This document shows, in pieces, positions 48,412-60,460 of a DNA stretch of 64,000 bases. The position numbers and the translations under genes were made by a program. Every line of letters starts with the position of its first letter. The stretch's first letter is position 1. This DNA is from Cyanophora paradoxa CCMP329 (Eukaryota; Plantae; Glaucophyta). Where the stretch lies: the NCBI GenBank assembly GCA_004431415.1, contig QPMI01000416.1, positions 496,001 to 560,000 on the forward strand, in the 5' to 3' direction. The notes under the pieces were generated by a model. It saw only the letters and a list, made by a program, of their open reading frames with translations. It made no database searches and was not told the DNA's origin.

Positions 48412-51400
48412 ATGGCTTCCCAGGCTCCGTGGCCGCCTCTCGTGGGGCCCGTGCGGGCGCCGATCGACGAGGCGAAGCTCGCGGCGCATCTGCGAGCGGC
48501 CGGCGTGCCGGGGCTCGAAGGCAGCCTCCGCGTAGGGCAGTTCAGCCACGGGCAGTCGAACCCGACGTACTTCGTGCAGGCGGGCGAGCATGCGTACGTT
48601 CTGCGGAAGAAGCCGGCGGGAAAGGTGCGCCTGGCGTGCATCGCTTGCTCGATCGGCTGCTCTTGATCTAGATCTCCGAGCGGCATGGGCCGCGAATCGG
48701 CGGCGTCGCGCGTGCGGCGGCTGAGCTCGTCTCCGCAGCTGCTGCCGAGCGCGCATGCGGTGGAGCGCGAGTTCCGGGTCATGCGGGCGCTCGGCAGGCT
48801 GACCACTGTGCCCGTCCCCGAGGCGATTCTCCTCTGCGAGGACCCCGCCGTGATCGGCACGCCGTTCTTCCTCATGCGTGCGCGCCGTCGAAGCCGCCCG
48901 CCCGCCGCGGGAGCGCGCGGGCGCGACGGGCGCCGCAGGATACGAGCGCGGGCGGCTCTTCCAGGACCCCTCGCTCCCCGGCATGGAGGCGCGGGCGCTT
49001 CCGACGCTTTTCAATCGCCGCTCACTTTCCCCCGCAGCCGGCGGAGCGCGCGGCGGTCTACGAATCGATGGGCGACACGCTCGCCAAGGCCCGCCGCGTT
49101 CGCTGCTTGCGCCGCCTCGGCCCGCCTGAGCGCCCCCGCAGCTGCACGCGGTCGACTGTAAGGCTCTCGGGCTCGCCGACTACGGCCGCGTGGACGGGTA
49201 CTCGCGCCGCCAGGTCGCCCGCTGGACCGCGCAGGCGCGCCCCGGGTCGAATTTGAATTCACCGTACCCTGGCTTCCTCCCGATCCGACGCCCCGCGCGC
49301 AGTACGAGGCGAGCAAGACGGGTACGATCGAAGCGATGGACCGCCTGGCCGCGTGGCTCGCCGGCAACGTACCCCCCGAGGCCGACTCGGACAGCTGCCT
49401 CGTACACGGCGACTTCCGTGCGCCGAAAGGCGTCGCCGTACCCCCCTCTTTCCTGATCCCCCCGCAGGCCTCGACAACCTCGTGTTCCACCCGACGCAGC
49501 CCCGCGTCATCGCCGTCCTGGTACCCCCCGCACCCGAGCCCCGGACTCGTTTGTTTCGCCCTGACGGGTACGCAGGACTGGGAGCTCTCGACCCTCGGGC
49601 ACCCGCTCTCCGACCTGGCGTACAACTGCCTCACGTACTTCCTCCCCCCCTCTTTCCGTGGGTACCGCGGCTTCGCGGGGCGGCCGCTACCCCCCGGGGT
49701 GCCGGACCTGCCGGGGTACGCTGGATCGTACCTGCGGCGGCGGCGGGCGGCGGGCCTTTCGGAGCTGGACGCGCCCTCCCTGCGCTTCTACATTGCGCTC
49801 TCGTTCTTCCGCGGGGCCGGCATCCTCCAGGGCGTCTACAAGCGCTCGCTGCAGGGCAACGCCTCCGCCGCCAACGCCGCCGCCGTCGGCGCTGCCGCCG
49901 CCGAGCTCGCCGCCGCCGGCCTCGCCTGCGCCCTCGGGCCCCCCATCGGGCTCACCCTGGCGCCCGCCACCGGCCCCTCGGGGGTACGGTGCCACGGCGA
50001 GGACCTCCGGAGGCGCCTCCTCGCCTTTATGGATCAGCATGTGTACCCCTCCGAGAAGGCGCGCGGGCCCGTACCCCGGAAGGGCCGCATCGGGCCCTGA
50101 TGCCGCACCCCGTACCCCCCGCAGGCGTTCGAGGCGGAGCTGGAGGGGGCGGAGCGCGGGGGGCGCTCGCGGTGGGACCCCTCCCCAACGATCGAGCGCC
50201 TCAAGGCCCGCCGTACCCCCTCTAGAAGATCCCGTACCCCCGCCTGACTGTTTCTCCAGGCCCTGGTGAAGCAGGCGGGCCTCTGGAACTTGTGGCTACC
50301 CCCCGGCACCCCGTCCGCCCCCCGGCCCCCTCTAGATCTCGTACCCGTGCCCTCGACCCGCTCACGCGTAGCCCCCTTCAGGTACGGCCCCGGGCTGTCG
50401 AACGCGGGGTATGCTCCCCTCGCTGAGATCATGGGGCGGTCCCCCATCGCTCCGGAGGCCTTCAACTGCTCCGCACCCGGTACCCCTCGACGCAATGCTC
50501 CGTACCCCCGTTCGATCCGATACCCCTCGCAGACACGGGGAACATGGAGGTCCTCCTCCTGTACGGCAGCGACGAGCAGGTAGCCCCTTACCCCCCTCCT
50601 CCCCCCCTCTGTCCCCCGGCCCGCCCTCCCGCTCAGCGCCACGCGCAGAAGAAGCGCTGGCTGGTGCCGCTGCTCGAAGGGTCCATCCGATCCATGTTCG
50701 GCATGTGCGCCGCGCCGCGCCGCGCGCCACTCTGGTGCACGTTCGCCCGTCTGGGCGAAAGGTCGCTTCGTTCGCAGGACCGAGCCGGCGGTCGCCTCCT
50801 CCGACGCGACGAACATGGAGGCGTCGATCCTCCCCGCCCCGGGCCGCCCCGTGCGCCCTTCGATCCGTCTGAGCCTTCTGAGCCGTCTGAGCCGTCTGAG
50901 TCGGCGCTCTCTAGGGGTACCTCGAGGTCTCGGGGCGCAAGTGGTGGAGCTCGGGCGCCGGTACGTCGGCCTGCAAGGTGCGTCGTACCCCCGCTAGGCT
51001 CAGACGGCTCAGACGGCTCAGCCGAGCCGAGCCCGGCTCTCCCTCGCCCCTTCCCCTTAAGACCCACCTCGGCCCGCTCCCCCCTCAGGTCGCCATCGTC
51101 ATGGGCCGCTCCGCTGCCCCGTGCGTACCCCCCCGTCCACTCCACCCCCCTTCCTCCGCCCCCCCGACCCGCGCCTCAGGGGCTCCGGTGCCCCACGGCA
51201 CAAGCAGCACTCGATGGTCCTCGTCCCGATGGGTACAGCTTTCATTTATTCCTCTGCGTTTTTGCTTTGCGCCCGTACCCTTCTAAGGGAGGAGTTCTTT
51301 GCTCGAAGATTCGCCTGGCGTGAAGATTCTGCGGCCTCTCAAGGTCTTCGGTGCGCCGTACCCCCGGGGCCGCCCTCTTCGCCGTACCCCCATCCATCTC

Positions 51401-52483
51401 GATTCACGGCCCTTGGTAGGGTACGACGACGCGCCTGCGGGCCACTGCGAGGTCGTGTTCGAGAACGTGCGGGGCCCTTTTCGTTCGCTTCGTTCGCGTT
51501 CCGGCGCCGACCGGCCGCCCCGAAATTAAAGGTCATCGTCCCGGAGTCGAACCTGATCCTGGGGGCCGGCCGCGGCTTCGAGATCGCTCAGGGCCGCCTG
51601 GGGTACGCGCGCGTGCATCGCCGTACCCCCCGCCGCTCTTACCTGTCGCAGGCCCGGGCGCATGCACCACTGCATGCGACTGATCGGCCTGGGTGAACGT
51701 TCCCTTGAGCTCGCGTGCCGGCGCGCCCTCTCCCGGCGCGCCTTCGGGCGACCGCTCGCCGAGCAGGGCGCCCTCCGCCGCGACGTGCGCACGCCCGTAC
51801 CCCCTTGCCTTCCTCCCCCCCTCGAATAATCTCGTACCCCCGCCAGATCGCGGCGAGCCGGGCCGAGCTGGACCAGGCCCGCCTCCTCGTTCTGGACGCG
51901 GCCGGCCGCATGGACGCCGAGGGGAACCGCGCCGCCGCCGGCGCCGTCGCCCTCGCCAAGGCGCGTGACGTCACGCCCCCGCGTGACGTCACGCCCCCCG
52001 TGACGTCGCGCGCGCACCCGCCGCGCAGGCCGTCGTGCCCTCCGCTGTCTGCCGGGTCGTCGACCGCGCCATCCAGGTACCCCCCTCGATCCCCCGATGC
52101 TCGCTGCCGCACTACCCCTGACGATTCCCCCCTCCCCACCCCCACCTCTCCCAGATCCATGGCGGGGCGGGCGTCTCCGAAGACTTCCCCCTCGCCCAGG
52201 CTCGTACCCCCCACTCCGCTACCTCCCCAATGCGCTCCCCCCCCCCCCCCCCCCCCACTCTCTGACGCGGGACGTTAGGCCTACGCGGCCGCTCGGACGC
52301 TTCGGATCGCCGACGGTCCCGACGAGGCGCGTACCCCTTTCCTGTGCTTGCCCCTCCTCTCTCTCTCCTAAGCAGCAGCTGCAGGTGCATCTCGAGACGG
52401 TCGCCCGAGCGGAGCTCGCCAAATACAGCGGGGCGGGCGCCGGCCCCCGGGGGCCCGCGGGGGCCCGGCGCGCCCGCCTGTAG
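48412..52483 (+). CDS. ACAD11: ACAD11/IBR3-type bifunctional APH-like kinase plus acyl-CoA dehydrogenase with peroxisomal PTS1; ~26 exons
   Basis: Complete reconstruction: [11 protein letters not shown]; [23 protein letters not shown]; [15 protein letters not shown]; [17 protein letters not shown]; GLWNLWLP; [14 protein letters not shown]; [14 protein letters not shown]; GRKWWSSGA; [21 protein letters not shown]; IHGGAGVS; [14 protein letters not shown]-terminus is -ARL-stop (PTS1-like). Confidence 0.95.
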
Positions 52484-53742
52484 CCGCTGGCCATGCATAT
52501 GGCGCCCCCGCTCGGAGATCCGCGCCCCGGATCCGCCGGCCCGGCCCGGCCTAGCTATAGCCTACTACGGTAGGCTATAGGCCTGCGGCGCCGGCCGCAG
52601 TCAGGCCCGCAGATGCCTCGAAAGATGTATTTGTGCATGCGCAGTGTGCGCGCGGGATCAAATGCTCGGGGCCGCCGCGGCGCCGGCGCTGCCCGCACGT
52701 GCACGCGGCCGCGGCCGCCGCGCCGCCGAATTCGAAGCTACGTATACGCGCCGGTTGCGGCCGGTATATACCGACGTACTACGGTATATAATACCGTCGG
52801 GCTCTACATTACCGCAACATTAATAACCGCGTTATAAAACCCGGCCCTCCGTTGAGCAAAATACCGTGCACGTGGTACCAAATTACCGGAGCCTCATGCA
52901 GCCTGATGCACTGCGGCAGGATCATGCACTGACATGCAGCCTGAGGCCCTGAGCTCGAGCCAGCCTCATCAGGCCGGGCAGGCCCTCATGCGCATGCAGC
53001 CTGATGCAGGGCCTGCTGCCATGCCCGCAGTCTGGGGACTCTGGGCCGCAGACTGCAGCCTGGCATGCGCACTGGGCTGGCAGACTGTGGCAGTACCGCA
53101 GGATAACTTTTTTTAGCAATCGGATCCGGATCAGTCTCGCGGGATCCGGACGTCGACTCCGGACTCTGGGGATCCGGATTCCGGAGTCGCGGACTCGCGG
53201 GCCGCGGCGTCTCGCCGCGACTCTCGCGCACGGCAAAAAAAACGTGATCATGAAAACTTGAAAAGCACCCGAGTAGCCTAGTAGGCTCGCGATCGGAGAA
53301 GCGGCCGGCCGGCGGACGCCGCTCGCGGGCGGCGGCCGCTGCCCGCCATGGCCAGTGCCCGGGCAGCGCTAGCCCGGCCCGCCGGCGCCGCGCGCGTGCG
53401 CCGTGCGCGGCCCCGCGCGCGGCGGCCGCGCGCGAGTTCGTTGGTACAAGTACCCCCGGAACGACGCTCCTTACCTTGCCAGTTGCAGACTCTGAAAGTT
53501 GCAGTTGCAGGCTTGCAGCTGCAGACCTCGGCCTCACTGCTGCCAGGCTGGTCGCGGGTTCAACGGTTTCTGTGAGTGCCTCGCTTTTAATTTGTCCGAT
53601 CCGTCGGCCACGGTTGCGATCAATGATCCTCTCTAGGCTCTAGCCAGCGTTCTAACTTAGTAACCGCCGCGCGCTGATTCCAACGTCGACCCCCGCTTCG
53701 CGCAGTGAGCACACAGACCCCCCGGGATATCATTTCTGCAAA

Positions 53743-54353
53743 ATGGGTGCGGCTGAGGGCAAATGCTATCAGGGTGCGACGCGGCGCGGGCGCCATGCCT
53801 TGGTTTAGCGGAACTTCTCGGAATGCGCGCAGTACCGTACTGATCCTAAAATCGATTGCAGATCGCGACTGCAGCGGCGAGCTTCTGCATGCCGGCTGCT
53901 ACGAGGAGTCCTGCCGGACGGGTCGGGGCGCGGGGAAGTCGTGGCGCGAGGCGTCCTCCGGCAAGTGCAAGAACTTCCAGCTTGAAGACGAGAACCAGGT
54001 GCCGTGCCGCAGCGCTGCAATAGTTCAATCTAGACTTTAAATTTCCATGATCACGAATGTGGCCCGCACTCGAAATTCACGCCCTGCGCGCACTTTTGGG
54101 CGCAGCTCGTGGGCGCGGAGGAGCTCGCGACCGAGCAGCTCGAGGAGCTGAACGTCGCAGCGACTGAGGTCGACATGTTCGTGGACGCTGCCGAGCTCGA
54201 CGCCGCCGGCGACCTCTTCCAGACGGTGCGCCCGGCCCCGCTCTGATCAAGACTCTGAGACGTCCCCGATCCGTTAACGTTATTCTGCCGCATGCTGCGC
54301 CCTGACCGGCTTGCGCGCCCCGCGCTCGGCAGGTGGATGTGGAGTTCTACTAG
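53743..54353 (+). CDS. Small (~93 aa) acidic hypothetical protein, 4 coding exons
   Basis: ATG-G|gtgcgg..ag followed by DRDCSGELLHAGCYEESCRTGRGAGKSWREASSGKCKNFQLEDENQ | LVGAEELATEQLEELNVAATEVDMFVDAAELDAAGDLFQT | VDVEFY-TAG. All introns are GT-AG and in frame. Confidence 0.6.
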
Positions 54354-54924
54354 CGAGCTTTAGCCCTTCTCACTCCCGGAGTCCCGGGACGGATCCGGAA
54401 TCGATGATAGTGATTCACTACCGCTACCATCATGGCATAGCACGCCTGGCCAATCTTAATTCAATTTGTTATGCCTGGTTGAAATGCCTTGCTCGCTTTG
54501 TCAAAGCAGTCTATGCGAGCGATCTATGGCCATGGAGCTCGAGGGCATCGAATCAAATGCGGGGCGATCGCGAGGGGCCGGGTGTTGGGGGGCCGGGTGC
54601 ACGTGGCGTGAGGGGGACCGGAGGGTGGTACCGGTGGTGGAGAGTTGTGTGTGGGAGAATGCGGGGGAAGGCACGTGGAAACAAAATTCGAAAGAATTCG
54701 AACGCTAACCTGGTGAGACGAAGTCGGGGGAGGGGAGCGGGGTGGGGGGGTGGGGGGGGGTGGGGTGAGCCCGGAGGTACGAGTAGGAGACTCCGGGAGG
54801 GGATAATATAAGGCGGGGCGGGTACGTATACGGGTCGCGATGGCAGAGAATCTCACTCCGTAACAAGAACTGCCCGGCGCTTCTTCTGCCCGCCCCGCCA
54901 CCCCCGCCGCCCCCTCCTCCCCCC

Positions 54925-55080
54925 CCCCCCCCCGGTCCGGCCCCCGCTGAAAAAAAGTGCCCCCCCCCCCGGTCCGCCCCCCCCCCCCCACACACCCGGT
55001 CCGCCCCCCCCCCCCCCCCGGTCCCCTTCCCCAGGTCCGCCCCCCCCCCCCCCCAGGTCCGCCCTCCCCCCCCCCCCTGG
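54925..55080. repeat. Array of GGTCC(G)C(n) units separated by C-runs
   Basis: About 6 units of ccggtccgcccc... or ccaggtccgccc... Confidence 0.7.
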
Positions 55081-55203
55081 TTTGGAGGAAAGCCTTTAAG
55101 TGCCTGGAATACATTTTTTTACGTGCTGCATTTATATGCTACATATGGCTAAACGGCCGAATGGCCCAGCGGCCAAGCTGAAGCGGCTAAGCGGCCAAGC
55201 GGC

Positions 55204-57642
55204 TCAGACGCGGGGGCCGTAGTAGTAGGGGGCGGCGGCGCCGGCCGGGGCCGCGGCGGTGGCGGCCGGGCCGGCCTTGAGCAGGGCCACAACGTTCAGG
55301 AGGAGTTCGCCTGCGCGGAGGGGTACAGTACAGTCAGCGGGGCCCTCAATTTGGCTCTTTGGCGTTCAAGCCTCTCTTAAGCCTGTTTTTGATTAACCCG
55401 CCAGCTCTTTAGAATGAGTTCGCATCTACCGTGAGACTGCTCTGAGCTTTTATCAAGTAGCCTGCCCCAGGCTCCAGGCCCCGGGGCCGGCCGGCCGGGC
55501 GGGCGCACCGCAGAGGGCGACGAAGACGAGGGCCGGGGCGGAGGCGAGGGTCGGCGCGGCGTAGCGGCGAACGAAGTCCCCGTACACCCAGATCATCGCC
55601 ACCTGCGAACGAAGGCGCCTGAGGAGACGGCGCTCTGATGGGGGAGACGGCGGCTCTACGGCTTGAAAAGGCTAAAAGAATGTGCTCTAGACTTCTAGAA
55701 TGACGGCGACGTCCTCTAAGCTAAGACTTCTCACTTTAGCTACAAGAAGGTGCTCTAGATTATAGAAGAAGAATTGAAGTGCGGGGCCGGGCGGGGCGCA
55801 CGACGCCGGCGAAGGAGGCGGCCATGCAGCGGAGGTTCGTCGCCTCGTCCGCCCGCGCGAGGCCGATGATGACCTGCCGGCCGCGGCGCCGTCCCATCAG
55901 CTAAGAGAAGAAGAGGAGGAGCCGCGGGCGCGGGCGCCGTCCTCTCTGCTAACAGAAGGCGCTCAAGACCCTAGAAAGAAGCTAGGAAGCTAGCAGGTTG
56001 AGTTGAGAGTGGTAAGGTAGAGCACTAGGCGAGCCCCCTTCTGACCATCCCGGGGCGCAGGGCGCAGACCCTAGAAAGAAGCTAGGAAGCTAGGAAGCTA
56101 GCTAGGAGGAATGAAGCCCGGGACGGACCGCCAGGTTCGTGGCGATGAAGACGACGGCCGCGAGGCGCAGGAGCGCGACCGTCGCCTGCGCACGAAGTTA
56201 GGGCGCGGGGTGGGGGGGTGGGGGGGGAAGGGGGGGGGCTGGGCGGGGTAGGGGGTGGGGGGGAGGGGGGCGGAGGGGGGTGTCAAGCGGGCGGGCGCAC
56301 GGGGAGCGAGTAGAGGCCCTCGGCGGTGGTGCCGACAAAGCCGGGGGCGACCCACTTGTTGAACTGGACGGCGGTTCAAGCCCAAGCCCAAGCCCAAGCC
56401 CAAGCTCATGCCGGCGGCTCGAGCTCGAGCCGGCGGCTTCAAGCCCACCTGGACGGGCCAGAAGAGGGCGACGGTGAAGAAGAGGAGCCAGAGGAGCGAA
56501 AAGCCGAAGCCCACGATCTGCTCGTGTTCGTATGAGGCCCGAGACGTCACTGAGCAAGTGAGAAGGGGGGCGGGGGGGGGCCAAAAGGGGGGGGGGGGCG
56601 AGTGGCCCCGGGTACACGTACCGCGAAGATGTCCAGCTTCTTGCGCGGGGCGGCCGCGGCGGGCTGGGCGCCCTGCTGGCCCCAGAAGCGCCACGCGGAG
56701 AGGGCCGCAAGCAGCAGGGTGAGGATGTGGGGTACGAGGTACAGCATCGGGCCTGGCGTGCCCCCGGGGTACAGCCGTTAGACTATAAATAGAGAAGCTG
56801 AGCGGCGGGGTACGGCCGCACCGAAGGCGAAGACGGGGTTGTGCTTGTTGTGGAAGAGTCCGTAGACGATGATCTGCGCGGCGGGGCCGTTGAGATTTGA
56901 ATTCAAATTCGAACGTGAAGAAGATAGGGGTACCTTCCCCAGGGCCCCCAGGGCGCACGGGATGCCGAGGAGGAGGGCGGCGATCTGGCGGGGAGCCTTA
57001 GATTTGATCCGAGATTTGATTCGATTCGAGCCGAGACGGACGCACGCGGCTGTCGCCGACGGTCGTCGCGTGGCGGAGGACAATGTAAAAGATGGCGGCG
57101 CCGAGGATGACTGAGCGCGGGAAAGCGGTCGGACGGAGAAAGGCGGACGGGCGTTGGAGTTTGAAACCGCACGCACGCGAGATTCCGTACAGCTGGACCG
57201 CCAACTCGTTCACTGATCGAAGGCCCCGTCAGCTCGCGCGCAAGCTAATTGCGCAATCTTCAGCGCCGGCGCCGCCCAGCCAGCGCCCCGATCATCGGAT
57301 CGGACGCTCCGGCCGAGGTGTACGCGAGGGCCTAGGGCTTATCCAGGGCTCGGACGCACGGGGATCGCCGACGAAGACCTTCTCATCGAGGCCCGGAGTG
57401 ATGAAGTTCTCGAACCAGTAGGGCGCCATCAGCGCCCATGCTCCCAACACGTAGAACCTGCATTTCCGAAGGCAGGCACGTGAGTCGAGGGCGCCAGGCG
57501 CCGCGCGCGGCTAAGCCGACGCGACGGTCCGATTGACGTCAGGGCTCGGGGCTCGGAGCGGAGGTTCGGTCTTGCGAAGCTAAAGGGCGCACACTAGCGG
57601 GCCGGCGAAGAAGAAGTGGAAGTCGAAGAGCGAGAACGCCAT
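55204..57642 (-). CDS. Multi-pass (~8 TM) membrane protein with an internal two-fold repeat
   Basis: About 13 short hydrophobic exons from MAFSLFDFHFFFAGPLVFYVLGAWALMAPYWFENFITPG to GELLLNVVALLK...YYYGPRV-TGA. Confidence 0.75.
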
Positions 57643-57726
57643 CTTTTTGGGGACTGTCGAAACTGTTCAACGGTTACCGGTACCCGGGACCGTGCCAGCA
57701 AACAAGCCGCATCGCTCACCAGCAGG

Positions 57727-59596
57727 ATGGGCGCCTCTGGCTCGCGCTTTGAGCCCTACACGGTGGTAGTTACCGGTTGCTCGACCGGGATCGGCGAGGC
57801 GACCGCGCTCGCGCTCCACGCGGTCGGCTTCACTGTGCTCGCGGGCGTTCGGAAGCCCGAGGACGCGGAGAAGCTGCGCGCGAAGGGCCTGCACGCAATC
57901 ATCCTCGACGTGACGAACGAGCAGGCGCGCCTGGCTCCCTCGCCGCGTTTTCTCGTATCCATATGCACTCGCATCCATATGCACGCGCATCCATATGCAT
58001 GTGCATAACGCTGGCGCGCAGCACGTGCGCGAGCTTCCAGCTACGGTGGAGAAGTTGAAGACAGTGGGCTCGAAGGTCGCCGTGGTCTGCAACGCCGGAA
58101 TCGCGCTGCCCGGTCCCGTCGAGTCGACTTCGGATGCGGACGTGCGGGCGATGTTCGACGGTGGGCCACTAGCTCCTGCTGCCGCGTCCCGCCGATTTCG
58201 CCGCTCTCTGATCGTGAAATCGATTTCGCTCGCAGTGAACGTCTTCGGCCTGCTCTCGGTAACCCGCGCGATGCTTCCCATGATAAGAGAAACCAAGGGG
58301 CGCGTCGTCTTTGTCGGATCGAGTGCGCCCCGCTCGCGCTCTCGAATCCCTTGGAGCTCGTGTCATCCGCCTGCCCCGCAGCCCTCGGGCTGGTCTCGTT
58401 TCCCTACTTCACGATCTACTGGTGCCCCCTGCACTGTATTCCGCGGCCGGAGACGAGCTCGAATTGAATTTGATCCCAATTTGATCGCAGCGCGACGAAG
58501 TTCGCCGTTGAGGCGCTGGCGGACGGGCTCCGGCGCGAGGTGGCCCACCTCGGCGTCAGAGTCTCCCTCGTCCAGCCCGTGCGGCACTGATGCCGGAATC
58601 GCATGTGTCCTTGCGAAAGCCCCGGCTCACTGCTTCCCGGCCGGCCGGCCGGCCGGCGTGCTCGCAGGGACTGACGAAGACTCCGCTGATCGCCCCCGAG
58701 AACGTGAAGAGGGCGAACGAGAAGGTAAGGACCAGGACCGCGTACCCCGCCTTGCCTTCCGTTCCCCCCTCTTGTTAACGATGCCCCCTCTCATCTCGCC
58801 CCCCCCCCCCCCCCTCTCATCTCCCCCCCCTTCTCTCGTCTCGCCCTCATTGCCCTTCGAACTACCCGTACCCACCCGCCTTCACCTCCTATCCGCATCG
58901 CCTCTCCGCACCCGCCTCCCGCCCGCGCTCGTACCCCGTGCCTTTCCCACTCTACCCGGTTCTACGTCCAGACCGTCTCTTTTTATGTTGCCGCTCCTCC
59001 CCCCTCCTCTTCCGCCCCCGCCCCCCCCCCCTCCCGGCTCCGTCCCCTCCTCCACCCTACCCCCCTTCCCCCCTCCCCCCCTGCCCCTTCGCAATCGTCT
59101 TAACGCCGTACCCGCAGGCCATCGCGAACAGCCCGCGGTCTACGAGGCGGGCATCCGCGCCCAGTGCGCCCCCTACCCTCCCCCCCCCCCCCAACCCCCC
59201 CCAACCCCTCCCCACCTCCAGCTTCCTTTTTAAGCGCCTTCTCTGCTCTTCTTCTCCTCGGCCCGCTTCCCTCTTCTTCACCCCCTTCGTCCCTTCCAAC
59301 TCTTCTTCCCCTCTTCCCTTCCCGTACCGAGCGAGCGCCGCGCAGCTGGAAGCAGCAGGAGGAGGGCGGCGCGGCGGGCGCCCCGCCCGAGGAGATCGCC
59401 GCACTGGTCCTCGAGGCACTCACCGCCGCCTCCCCCTCCCACAGGCGAGCGACCCTTCAGATTTGATCTGATCTGATCTGATCTGATCTGATCTGATCTG
59501 AGCTCGGCCAGGTACCGCGGCGGGGGCGGGGCCGGCGCCCTAGTCTTCATGAGCTGCCTCCCGGCGCCCTGCGTCGACCGCGTCTTCGCCCCCTGA
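57727..59596 (+). CDS. Classical short-chain dehydrogenase/reductase (retinol/17beta-HSD-like SDR)
   Basis: Motifs VVVTGCSTGIG, LDVT, CNAG, VNVFG, GRVVFVGS, catalytic YCATK, EALADGLRRE and VSLVQPG. Ends VDRVFAP-TGA. Confidence 0.92.
59464..59501. repeat. (TGATC)n microsatellite in an SDR intron
   Basis: About 7 perfect pentamer units. Confidence 0.9.
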
Positions 59597-60460
59597 GGCG
59601 CTGCGCGGCGCGGCGCTGCGCGGCGCGGCGCGGCGCGGCGCGGCGCGGCGCAGAACGCTGCCGCTAGCCAGCTAGCTAGCTTGCCTGAAGGTCTAGACCA
59701 GCGCTAGAGCAGAACAGCACGATCAGTTACCTACCATTCGTCGGAGGGGAGCCATCTCCATGATCATATGAGCCCTTGTTCATGTTTAGTTGCGCCGAGT
59801 GATTATTGGCTGACTCAGTGACCACTAGATCTAGAACTGTGCTGCGTCCACGAAAAGGGCCGAGACCGTCGAGCTCGAGGGGCGCCCGGCGGCCCGCAAG
59901 CGGATTCGGATCGGAGGGAAGGGGGACTCCCGGGACGGCGCAGCTGCAGCCGCAGTTGCAGGGGCTCGAGAGCCCTCGGAGCCCTCATGATCGTGATCAG
60001 GGGACTCGGGCGACGGCTGATTTTTAAGCCCGCGCGGCCGCGGGGGGTACCGCGAAGGGAGGCTAGCGCTAGCGGAGCGCCCGCAAGCTGAGAGAATTCG
60101 AAGGGGCGCCGACACGCCCGTCGAGGTGCTCGCGCTTCGCGCCTCGAGGTCAAAAGATAGAAGGCCGCCGCTCAGCGGCTCTGCCCAGGAGTCCGCCTCG
60201 CGCTACGCGTCCTCGGTGACCGCCACTCCCCATAGGGCCTCAACCCTATCTCAGCGCCCGCAAGCTGAGAGAATTCGAAGGGGGACCGCGCAGTTGCAGG
60301 GCTCGAGAGCCCTTGGAGCCCTCATGATCAGGCCTCGTTATAGGCCCCGGGCCGTACAGCTGCAAGAAATCTTTATGCAAATCGATCCATCTTTCTTTCT
60401 ATCTATCTATCTATTGCAATGTCGATCTCTCTGTCTATCTATCTATTTATCAGCCCTGAG

